A stretch of DNA of 64,000 nt. Source: Octopus vulgaris. Lineage: Eukaryota. Below, piece by piece: positions 54,001-61,132 of the stretch. Under the pieces are notes generated by a model. That model was not told where the DNA came from. It saw only the letters and a list, made by a program, of their open reading frames with translations, and did not search any database. The stretch covers positions 32,116,001 through 32,180,000 of the forward strand of contig OX597823.1 in NCBI GenBank assembly GCA_951406725.2, read 5' to 3'. Made by a program: the position numbers and the translations under genes. How positions within the stretch are numbered: position 1 is the first letter of the stretch; every line of letters starts with the position of its first letter.

Positions 54001-54236
54001 ACCTGTGATAAATTATAGATATATATATAGACATGTAGTGAAATAAAGGAGTATATATAAATATATACCTGTGACAAGTTGGATATACCCAGAAGGAAAC
54101 ATATCGAATCTAAAATATTCGATTTACCACTTCCATTTAAACCAGTAATGGCATTGAATAGATGATCGAATCCATTGATCTCTGTTCGTTGAGCATATGA
54201 CTTAAAACCATCAATAACAATTGATTTAATATACAT
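17126..54236 (-). CDS. SMC2: Structural maintenance of chromosomes protein 2 (condensin subunit), 25 coding exons, 1200 aa
   Basis: Exons sum to 3603 nt with consistent phases and GT-AG ends. Walker [10 protein letters not shown]-loop [11 protein letters not shown], hinge G...G..GG ([17 protein letters not shown]), signature LSGGQRS, Walker [12 protein letters not shown]. The N-terminus [35 protein letters not shown] and C-terminus [29 protein letters not shown] are SMC2-specific. Confidence 0.97.
18223..18370 (-). CDS. SMC2: SMC2 exon 24 (Walker B)
   Basis: [38 protein letters not shown]...HSQ. Confidence 0.97.
21111..21262 (-). CDS. SMC2: SMC2 exon 23 (signature motif)
   Basis: [12 protein letters not shown]...[13 protein letters not shown]. 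Confidence 0.97.
22217..22342 (-). CDS. SMC2: SMC2 exon 22
   Basis: [18 protein letters not shown]...AWEQVNK. Confidence 0.95.
22855..23055 (-). CDS. SMC2: SMC2 exon 21
   Basis: [27 protein letters not shown]...[14 protein letters not shown]. Confidence 0.95.
23366..23736 (+). mobile_element. Non-autonomous Helitron-like element, copy 1
   Basis: 5' TC, 3' CTAG, sub-terminal GC-rich CGCCGGGCG, inserted between A and T with no TSD; near-identical to 35280-35633. Confidence 0.8.
24846..25040 (-). CDS. SMC2: SMC2 exon 20
   Basis: [21 protein letters not shown]...KDTTSQ; coiled coil, phase 0/0. Confidence 0.92.
26390..26533 (-). CDS. SMC2: SMC2 exon 19
   Basis: [23 protein letters not shown]...TVCQ. 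Confidence 0.92.
28634..28827 (-). CDS. SMC2: SMC2 exon 18
   Basis: EQKAIVQ...[24 protein letters not shown]...KEKQQ. Confidence 0.93.
30266..30390 (-). CDS. SMC2: SMC2 exon 17
   Basis: [41 protein letters not shown]. Confidence 0.93.
31325..31460 (-). CDS. SMC2: SMC2 exon 16
   Basis: [22 protein letters not shown]...; phases 1/2 fit neighbours. Confidence 0.93.
32737..32941 (-). CDS. SMC2: SMC2 exon 15 (hinge)
   Basis: [28 protein letters not shown]...[16 protein letters not shown]. Confidence 0.96.
33735..33881 (-). CDS. SMC2: SMC2 exon 14 (hinge)
   Basis: [33 protein letters not shown]... Confidence 0.96.
34798..34936 (-). CDS. SMC2: SMC2 exon 13 (hinge)
   Basis: [27 protein letters not shown]...[10 protein letters not shown]. 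Confidence 0.96.
35280..35633 (+). mobile_element. Non-autonomous Helitron-like element, copy 2
   Basis: A|TC...GCAACGCCGGGCGATACTGCTAG|T; near-identical to copy 1. Confidence 0.8.
35920..36225 (+). mobile_element. 3' UTR-only copy of the RTE-type LINE
   Basis: Same units and (GAT)n tail as 50120-50750; further copies at about 20345, 25215, 38520, 39560, 43830, 51220, 59430, 61630 (+) and 44100, 61960 (-). Confidence 0.8.
36258..36376 (-). CDS. SMC2: SMC2 exon 12
   Basis: [12 protein letters not shown]...QEKTETLEA. Confidence 0.92.
36751..36871 (-). CDS. SMC2: SMC2 exon 11
   Basis: [26 protein letters not shown]...NKLQ (a different frame from the ORF-track ORF). Confidence 0.92.
37808..37947. 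repeat. Compound (AT)n/(AC)n microsatellite
   Basis: Directly visible. Confidence 0.95.
38261..38406. mobile_element. Palindromic Penelope-type terminal repeat pair with hammerhead-like motifs
   Basis: Arms TTATTTAAAAGCAGCAGAAATATCACAAAAACTG.TACT.AGAGTTTCAC and its reverse complement; same family at 46873-47201. Confidence 0.65.
38949..39003 (-). CDS. SMC2: SMC2 exon 10
   Basis: [17 protein letters not shown]; phases 1/2 fit. Confidence 0.92.
39030..39440 (+). mobile_element. R4/Dong-like RT N-terminal fragment
   Basis: NFRPISC...[16 protein letters not shown]....[14 protein letters not shown]...NLVMAW; stops and frameshift. Confidence 0.75.
40218..40407 (-). CDS. SMC2: SMC2 exon 9
   Basis: [10 protein letters not shown]...[30 protein letters not shown]. 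Confidence 0.95.
41422..41571 (-). CDS. SMC2: SMC2 exon 8
   Basis: [17 protein letters not shown]...[14 protein letters not shown]. Confidence 0.92.
41733..41837. repeat. Three direct copies of CTTYGCTTCATTATTTTTATATAA
   Basis: Directly visible local duplication. Confidence 0.8.
42869..42931 (-). CDS. SMC2: SMC2 exon 7
   Basis: [21 protein letters not shown]; phase 0/0. Confidence 0.88.
44726..44803 (-). CDS. SMC2: SMC2 exon 6
   Basis: [26 protein letters not shown]; phase 0/0. Confidence 0.88.
45349..45486 (-). CDS. SMC2: SMC2 exon 5
   Basis: [46 protein letters not shown]. Confidence 0.96.
46269..46379 (-). CDS. SMC2: SMC2 exon 4
   Basis: [37 protein letters not shown]. Confidence 0.97.
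46873..47201. mobile_element. Inverted Penelope-type terminal repeats with a ~200-bp spacer
   Basis: About 55-bp inverted arms of the same family as 38261-38406. Confidence 0.65.
48028..48189 (-). CDS. SMC2: SMC2 exon 3 (Q-loop)
   Basis: [13 protein letters not shown]...[27 protein letters not shown]. Confidence 0.97.
48711..50750 (+). mobile_element. 5'-truncated, degenerate RTE-type LINE (RT with embedded PHD-like finger, long 3' UTR, (GAT)n tail)
   Basis: [52 protein letters not shown] across frameshifts; continues into the window's most common repeat. Confidence 0.92.
51537..51686 (-). CDS. SMC2: SMC2 exon 2
   Basis: [29 protein letters not shown]...EITVTRQ. Confidence 0.97.
52580..52955 (+). 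mobile_element. SINE family A with duplicated 3' part
   Basis: GGCGGCGAGCTGGCAGAATCGTTAG head; core occurs twice. Confidence 0.85.
53721..53826. repeat. 27-bp tandem repeat, about 4 units (GACACATAGATTAAGCATATAAACAAT)
   Basis: Directly visible. Confidence 0.92.
54069..54236 (-). CDS. SMC2: SMC2 coding exon 1 (Walker A)
   Basis: [56 protein letters not shown]; donor GTATAT at 54068. Confidence 0.97.
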
Positions 54237-54390
54237 AATGTTGCTCTAGTAGTAATTAAAATGAAAACAACTCAAGATTCTGGCTTCTTTTTTGAATTTC
54301 CTCCTTTATCGTAAATGGCGCCTTAATTGACAACAGTTGATCACGCATGCGCATTAAGTGCTTCCTGTCTATTAACACATGCTTCTCAAC
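54237..54390. promoter_or_regulatory. Putative bidirectional promoter between SMC2 and DPH2
   Basis: 154 bp between divergent ATGs; NRF1-like CACGCATGCGCA (54342-54353), YY1/E2F-like AAATGGCGCC (54313-54322), ETS-like CTTCCT (54361-54366), CHR-like TTTGAA (54291-54296). Confidence 0.65.
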
Positions 54391-54413
54391 ATGGCAGATA
54401 CAACTGTTGACAG
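54391..54413 (+). CDS. DPH2: DPH2 probable coding exon 1
   Basis: Good Kozak context CAACATGG; 23 nt ending AG|GT in phase 2, matching the phase of the 57297 exon. Confidence 0.65.
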
Positions 54414-57400
54414 GTTGTTTCACTATTTCTGTGTTTATTTTGTTATTCTTTATTTGTACATATTCCCTGATCTAACTGACTTGTGGTCAGTCGTGTTCCA
54501 ACCGTAATGATTCCGTCTTATATATATTTATTGTATAACATTATTCGCTGTGTACGTTTTTCTTTCATTTTTGGCAGGAATGTATTTTGAGGAAGTTTTT
54601 GGCTGCTATTTCTACCAGAGCAAGTGCCCACGTAGTCTCCTTCGTATTTCTGTTGCTTAACTGCTTTTGTGTATGACTGTGTCAACAATAGAATTGTCTT
54701 TACATGGCTGTGTGATTTAGTTGACTCCACTTTGCGGTTGCTTTGGTCAAATGAAATTTTGTAAACAGTGACAATGGAAGCCCGTCGTTGTATTTCGGTT
54801 GTTGATTTAATCCATCACTCTGTTTAACATTACCAAGTGAACGACGTCTGTCTTTAGCGGAGCCCGCTCTGTAGCAAGCATTCAAGCTAGACATTTTGCT
54901 TAATGATAACTTTTCCCCATCAATCGCAGAAACTCCCTAAAAGGGTCATTGTTTCAGCCCACCATCGTCTGATAAAAATATTTAAAGAAGTACACACTAG
55001 TTGCTGGTTTCGGAAACATCTGTTTAATAGTGTAGCTGAGAAGGAAGGGGCAGCACTTCTCGGTCTGTTGTAGGCGAAAGTAAACAATACGTACACAGGG
55101 TGTTTACAGTTAGGGCTTTTGTTACGCCGAGAACGGGTGGTGCCCTGTTGTATAAGCTTGTTTAGATTTAAGGGTCCTTGGTAGGGACAGCTAAATAAAG
55201 AGCTGCGTCGGGCGGTACACACGAGTTAGTCATTGCTTTTATTGTTTCAAGAAGAATTTGAATGAACTCACATAGTGTCGAACTAAATAATTAGCCCTTG
55301 TAAGTTTTTTTGTTTTTTTTTAACTGCTGTAATTTAAAACTAACGAGCAAGTTACATTGTATAACTAAATAGCTAATGTAAAATAATTTCTTTTTCTAAT
55401 GTTACTAATCAATTACGTAAAGACTAAATTAGATTTGTCTACTTTCAGTTTTGTTATTAGAGTCGACTCTCACAGAACAAATTTCTTATTACAAAAACGT
55501 TCCAGTCATGACCATGTGTCTTCTTTTTTCTTTATTCGAATATAATGAATCTAGGACTGCATTATTCAATGTACCATTTAAAAAAACAGTAACGTGTAAT
55601 TTAGACCTTGCTGCTATTTCTAGTAGGTCAAACAATCATATAAAGGCTCTCTTGTTAGCGTGTCGTATGAAGAATTACTTCAAGATTCACTCTTTATTAT
55701 GCACAGCAAGTAATCACTGATGAACTATACTAAATTACTCCATTATTGCAGAGCGGTATTCCGGTAGAACTACTCCAAAACTCTACCATTATTTTTATTG
55801 TTAAAAAAAAAAACAACACTTTAATTCCATTGCAGAACCGAAACACAAAGCAAATATATATATATATGTGTGTGTACTCTGCAAGAAGTTCTTGTACAGT
55901 GGACTGTATTTTTAATTACATACACAAAAGGTGACGGGTTGTTTTATATAAAGGTTGGGGCAAAATGAGTAATTTCTGATTTTTGGTTATCTGCTTCCTA
56001 TTTGTTTGGAATGATTACATTGCAAGTATTACATCATCTTTAGGGAGTAAACGTTGGTCAGCATAGTTGTTAAGGAAGTTGAGAGAGTTTGGAACATCGG
56101 TGATAATTACTTTTTTTTTTCAGGAAATTTTTCAACTTTGACCCAATTGTAATTGAGGTTGCCATTAAAATATCTGGATAATTTTTGGTAGCCAAATTTG
56201 TCTTTATATGCTCGTTGTTTACTTCACTTTCCCTCTCTTTTCATCACCGTCTTTCTTTAATACATACCTACCGATGACTCCCTACCGTCTTTTTCACCCT
56301 GTCTCACCTGTCACATATTCATTTTTCTATTCACCTTCTTACTATTGTCTACATCAATGGTTCCCAAACTCTTTTCGGCTGCTTCCCCCTTGGCACCCAG
56401 GCCACGTTCCTAGCGCTCCCCTCCCCCACTCACCACCACAATCATAGACTACTTCCTGCTGCAATTTAAAAACAACTCTAATTCACAAAGAAAACTTAAT
56501 CTAATTCACACATAATTTTGTTGTTTTTACATCCATCAGCCCCATTTGGTCACCCCATTATCACCCCGCTTTCCTTCAATGCCACCCTGGATCTTTCCAC
56601 TGCCTCCAGTGGAGAAGTACCACCCATCTGGTCTACATTAAACAAACAGGCACAATTTGGGAAAGACTGAGAACAATTTAACCTCTCTAGTACACCCAGT
56701 ATACTCTCTAAAGTGATTGGTGAATAAACAGGAATGGTGTAGGATAGAGAGGATACATTATTTTCTAAAGGCAAGTCAGCCTTTCTAGTGCTGGATTAGA
56801 AAACATTAGAAGACAACACATCCATCCATTTTCTACAAAATTCTCCCCAAAATAGAGGTGATGAAAGCAGCACACATAACACAATTCTAAACCACACACA
56901 ATATCCATGGGTCACAAATAAGAATCTTTTGTTGCTCACGCATACACCACACACGGGCAATGGTCACTCTAAGAGGGTGTTCAAGCATCATGGCTACTGT
57001 GTGGGAGGGGATTCAAAGGTCATAACCCCTATCTGGGATAGGGTCATTGTGTGGTGTGGTAAGTGCAAAGTTCACTGCTAACTGAAAAATAAAAAATATG
57101 TTCAAATTTTGATGAGGTCGTCCTTACCTTTCATTCCTCCAAGGGTAAGTTTTGTGTTCTCCAATTCAAACATGTCTTTGTAGAATGATCAAGGTATTGA
57201 AGAAGAAAAGCATTAAAAGACAGAATTTTTTAAATTCTACATTTGATTTTTTTGTTTATGTATTTTATTAATTCTTTATGTTTTTCCTTTTTACAGTGAA
57301 AATGTTCCCCCCCTCCCTGTGGCATTCAGTAGTATCAATGATGTACGATTCCAAAAAGATGTCTCTGAAGAATCCTCTTTGCATTCTCCAACATCCAGCA

Positions 57401-60400
57401 CTACCCTTATTGAGAAGTATGAACTCGCCAGATGTCTGCAATGGATAACAAACAATGGGTTTCAAAGAGTAAGGCAAACTATTACCGTTCTATATTTAAG
57501 AGATGTGGAATTATGAACATTATTTACATTTGACATATTTGTCCTCATCTTGTTTGTTAACACGTTTCAGCTGATTTACCCTCCAGCCTGATGAAGGCTG
57601 GAAAGTATATCAGCCAAAATGTTGTGTTAACAACAAGATGAGGACAAATATCTGCCAAATGTAAATAAAAAGGCAAACTGTTTTGGATAATTAAAAATGA
57701 CAGGGCAACTTTCAAATTATTACTCAACCATATGTCCAAATTCTTAAACTATCCAACTCCCAATTTATGTCAATTACCAAATTATAAACCTTTTTGATTC
57801 CATCCCTATCGGTAACTGCCCTTCTATGATACAGACTGCTTGCTTTAAAATGACCTAAATTAAAACGTTCCATCAAAATGTCGTGTTAATTAATGTTCCA
57901 AACACCAGCTTAACTCTTTTGATACCAACTCACCTGAGAATGCCCTTAATCCTATGACATAAATTCCTGTTTTAAAATTATTTAAATTAAAACCTTTTGT
58001 CAAAACTTTGTGTTGATTTATGTTCCAAACTCCAGCTTAATAACAACAAATTTATTTTTACTAAATTCATTACTTTAAAAGTTAACTGAAACGAAGCCGG
58101 TACATTTTAATAGAAATTTTGCAACAAAAGAATTAATAACAACCAAGTTATTTTACTAAATTCTGTATTATTTTCAAAATTAATTCAGATATCTGTGCTG
58201 TATTTCAACAGAAACAGTCACTAAAAGGTGGTGAGTTGGCTGAAACATTAGCACGCTGGGCGAAATGCTTAGCAGCGTTTCATGTCTTTACATTCTGAGT
58301 TCAGATTCCACGAAGGTCAACTTTACCTTTCATCCTTTTGGGGTTGATAAATTAAGCACCAGTTGCATACTGGGGTCGATCTAATTGACTGGCCCCACTC
58401 TATAAAAATTTCAGGCCGTGTACCTAGACTAGAAAAGAAACACAGTCACAAAAGGGTTAAACTATGAGACCAACTACTACACTCCAGAGTATGACTGTAA
58501 ACTACATCCAGTTGTAAGACCCTGGGGCCCTGGTTTCAGGGTGTGAGGAGTGTGAAATGACCTCTTAGCCACAATTGTCCCCAGGTCTACTCTGGCCTGG
58601 AGTGGTAGCACCTGTAAGAGTCCCAGCTGTGGGTTACCTAGCAAACCCCCTGCAACTGGGGTAGTGGGGTTGGTAGAATGCAGTCACCGTATTCCTTGCA
58701 TAGACCTATGAAGAAAGGTGTTCCTGCCGTAACAATTGCATTTCTTTCAAGTAGTCCTGGTTTCTCACTGAGAACCTCACTACTACATTATACATGTCCT
58801 TCACTAAGATGATTCTATGGAGATTTTGTTGTTATTCTGTGCAAGTCAAGTGACAACATAGAATCTGCTTCATCAGCTGTGGTGGCTTTAGCAGTTGCTA
58901 TAAGTAGACACAGTCTCACTGGGATTGTTTAAGGTGTGAAACAACAAGCAAGGGAGATAATTCCAATACAATCGGTTAATTGAAATTTATTATCATTAAT
59001 AAGACAGTATAGATTGGAGAGGATCTGAACTTAAAGGCAATTAATAAAAGTAATGATGGTGGTGGGGATTGGGTGAAACAACAGTGCTGATAGTTGTAGG
59101 GGGTGTTCATAATACTGGCAGTGAAGTGTGCAAGTAATAGTATTAACCAGTTTCTCATTTGTTTGAATCACCAGGTGTCACTTCAGTTTCCTGATGAATG
59201 TCTGGTCGACTCTGCTGCTATAACAGCATGGCTTGATGGAAATGTATCTGGCAAAGTATTTGTTCTTGGAGACACGTCTTATGGCAGGTGAGTTCTCATC
59301 TCCCTCTTTTATGTTGACTTCCTTCCACTAAGGAACAGTAGACATACAGACCGTATGATCATAAGTTCAATCATTATTACAACAGTTTTGTAACCCACTG
59401 ACCAAGATATATATATATATATATAGTGCTTGAAGAGACCTATTGAGTTAAGTACATCAAATCAAATCACATTGTAGTTGTGATCCCTGTGCTGGTGGGA
59501 TGTAAAAAGCACCATCCAATCATGGTCGATGCCAGCCCCCTCTGGCCCCTGTGCCGGTGGCATATAAAACAGTGCCCACTACACTCTCAGAGTGGTTGGC
59601 GTTAGGAAGGGCATCCAGCTGTAGAAACTTTGCCAGACCAGATTGAACCTGGTGCAGCCTCCTAGCTTCACAGACTCCAGTCAAACCGTCCAACCCATGC
59701 CAGTATGGAAAACGGACGTTAAACAATGATGATGATATATACAAATGTAGGTTCCTGTCTGCTTCATTTGTTAGTCATTCAGTTAATTATTGTCTTTGAG
59801 CAAAACCCTTGGAAATTTCATGGGTTTTGTTTCTTATTATAACTGCCACAATTACCTTATATTTACAAGTAGGCTTGAGTTACAACCTGTTCTCTGCTTA
59901 CATATGTGTGTATATACATATGTTTGCATACATACTGACAGACATATATATGGAAGATCTTAATATTTTTCTCTTATTCATGTACTTTTGGAAGATCTTA
60001 ATATTTTTCTCTTATTCATGTAGCAAACTATTACCTTCAATTAATCATACCATTATTTATATACCAAGGTTCATTTCCAAAGATATTTCAAACAAATGCA
60101 AAGAGAGTAAGCAGGAATGAGATAACTAAAGATGCTGTGTGGAAGCACTCCGTCGGTTACGACGATGAGGGTTCCGGTTGATCCGATCAACGGAACAGCC
60201 TGCTCATGAAATTAACGTGTAAGTGGCTGAGCACTCCACAGACACGTGTACCCATAACGTAGTTCTCGGGGATATTCAGAGAGTGACAAGGCCGGCCCTT
60301 TGAAATACAGGTACAACAGAAACAGGAAGTAAGAGTGAGAGAAAGTTGTAGTGAAAGAGTACAGCAGGGATCACCACCATCCCTGCCGGAGCCTCGTGGA

Positions 60401-61132
60401 GCTTTAGATGTTTTCACTCAATAAACTCTCACAACGCCTGGTCTGGGAATCGAAACCGCGATCCTACGAGCGCGAGTCCGCTGCCCTAACCACTGGGCCA
60501 TTGCACCTCCACTAAAGATGCTGTGACATCACAAACTCTTGCTGTCTTCATATTCTCCCTCTCCTCCCCGTCCCCTTCATGTTTGACTTTCTACTTTCTC
60601 TCCTCTATGTTTACTTCAACTCTCACTCTTTCTTAATCTATCACGTTTCAAAATCCTCTGTCTTCCTCTTTCTCTGTCTATCTTTCTCCATTCACTGTTA
60701 TCAACACCAATGTCCCTCCCACCACCACTACCATAACTCCCAACTATTTCCCTCTTACACTATTTGACTTACTTCCCTTAGTCTGACACAAACGTCTAGT
60801 AGACAGGTAAGAACGTAGTATTATATTAATGTATGCATTTTAGTTAATTACGATCTATCTTAATTACAGCCCATCTAAATTAATTTCTGTCTATTTTATT
60901 CCTACGAACAGCTGCTGTGTTGATGAAGTATCTGCCCAACACTACACTGCTGATAGTATCATACATTTTGGCTACACTTGTCTCAGTCCAACAAAACGGT
61001 TACCTGTTCTGTATATATTTGGAAGATATTCTATTGATGTCGAAGATTGTTGTGCAAAGTTTCAAGAAATCATACCAGATCCCATGTCAAAGGTCATCAT
61101 CTATTACGATGTTAGATACACACATGCTATTG
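54391..61132 (+). CDS. DPH2: Diphthamide biosynthesis protein 2, 5' part (exons 54391-54413, 57297-57468, 59175-59287, 60912-61132; continues beyond window)
   Basis: Spliced: MADTTVDSENVPPLPVAFSS...[32 protein letters not shown]...[48 protein letters not shown]...[25 protein letters not shown] and HFG.TCLSP fit DPH2 rather than DPH1 (LQMPEG/GACCVDD). Confidence 0.92.
54708..55145 (-). ncRNA. Candidate telomerase RNA (structured H/ACA-type ncRNA); 5' end approximate
   Basis: By-eye folding on the minus strand: P1 helix closing a domain with CCCUAAC, long P2-like helices, A-rich AGCAAAAUGUCUAGC, then a P4/P5/P6 junction, box H ACAAAA, terminal hairpin, ACA. G-U pairs favour the minus strand; no coding potential. 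Confidence 0.6.
56600..56880 (+). mobile_element. Possible decayed Penelope GIY-YIG endonuclease remnant
   Basis: VYIKQTG..W.RLR resembles the YIGQTG...RxxEH motif; heavily interrupted. Confidence 0.35.
57297..57468 (+). CDS. DPH2: DPH2 exon 2
   Basis: Long polypyrimidine-TACAG acceptor; ...AFSS...[24 protein letters not shown] donor. Confidence 0.9.
57486..57668. mobile_element. Palindromic Penelope-type repeat with a decayed hammerhead core
   Basis: Inverted arms 57520-57668 around CTGATGAAGGCTG...CAGCC; single-arm copy at 61490-61612. Confidence 0.65.
57785..58460. mobile_element. Nested piggyBac-type MITEs plus a family A SINE
   Basis: One MITE copy inserted at a TTAA of another (about 57910-58137); SINE 58228-58435 flanked by ACAGTCAC-containing direct repeats; ends AAAGGG|TTAA. 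Confidence 0.6.
59175..59287 (+). CDS. DPH2: DPH2 exon 3
   Basis: [43 protein letters not shown] donor. Confidence 0.95.
60140..60510 (-). mobile_element. Young full-length tRNA-derived SINE (family C) with 15-bp TSD
   Basis: A box TGGCCCAGTGG and B box GGTTTCGATTCCC on the minus strand; TSD ACTAAAGATGCTGTG at 60125-60139 and 60511-60525. Confidence 0.9.
60912..61132 (+). CDS. DPH2: DPH2 exon 4
   Basis: [37 protein letters not shown]...[15 protein letters not shown] donor. Confidence 0.95.

Noticed and set aside
54518-55222. Three short minus-strand ORFs as a protein-coding gene
   Set aside because: No recognisable motifs or splice structure; extensive base-pairing fits a structured RNA better.
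54775-55240. RNase P/MRP, 7SK or rRNA fragment
   Set aside because: GGAAGCCCG/CGGGC and GGGCGGTACACAC only loosely resemble P4 or SSU motifs; the other conserved regions are missing, and internal T-runs argue against a Pol III transcript.
60430-60510. tRNA gene
   Set aside because: tRNA-like head of a SINE: no proper acceptor stem, and it is followed by a SINE body and flanked by a TSD.
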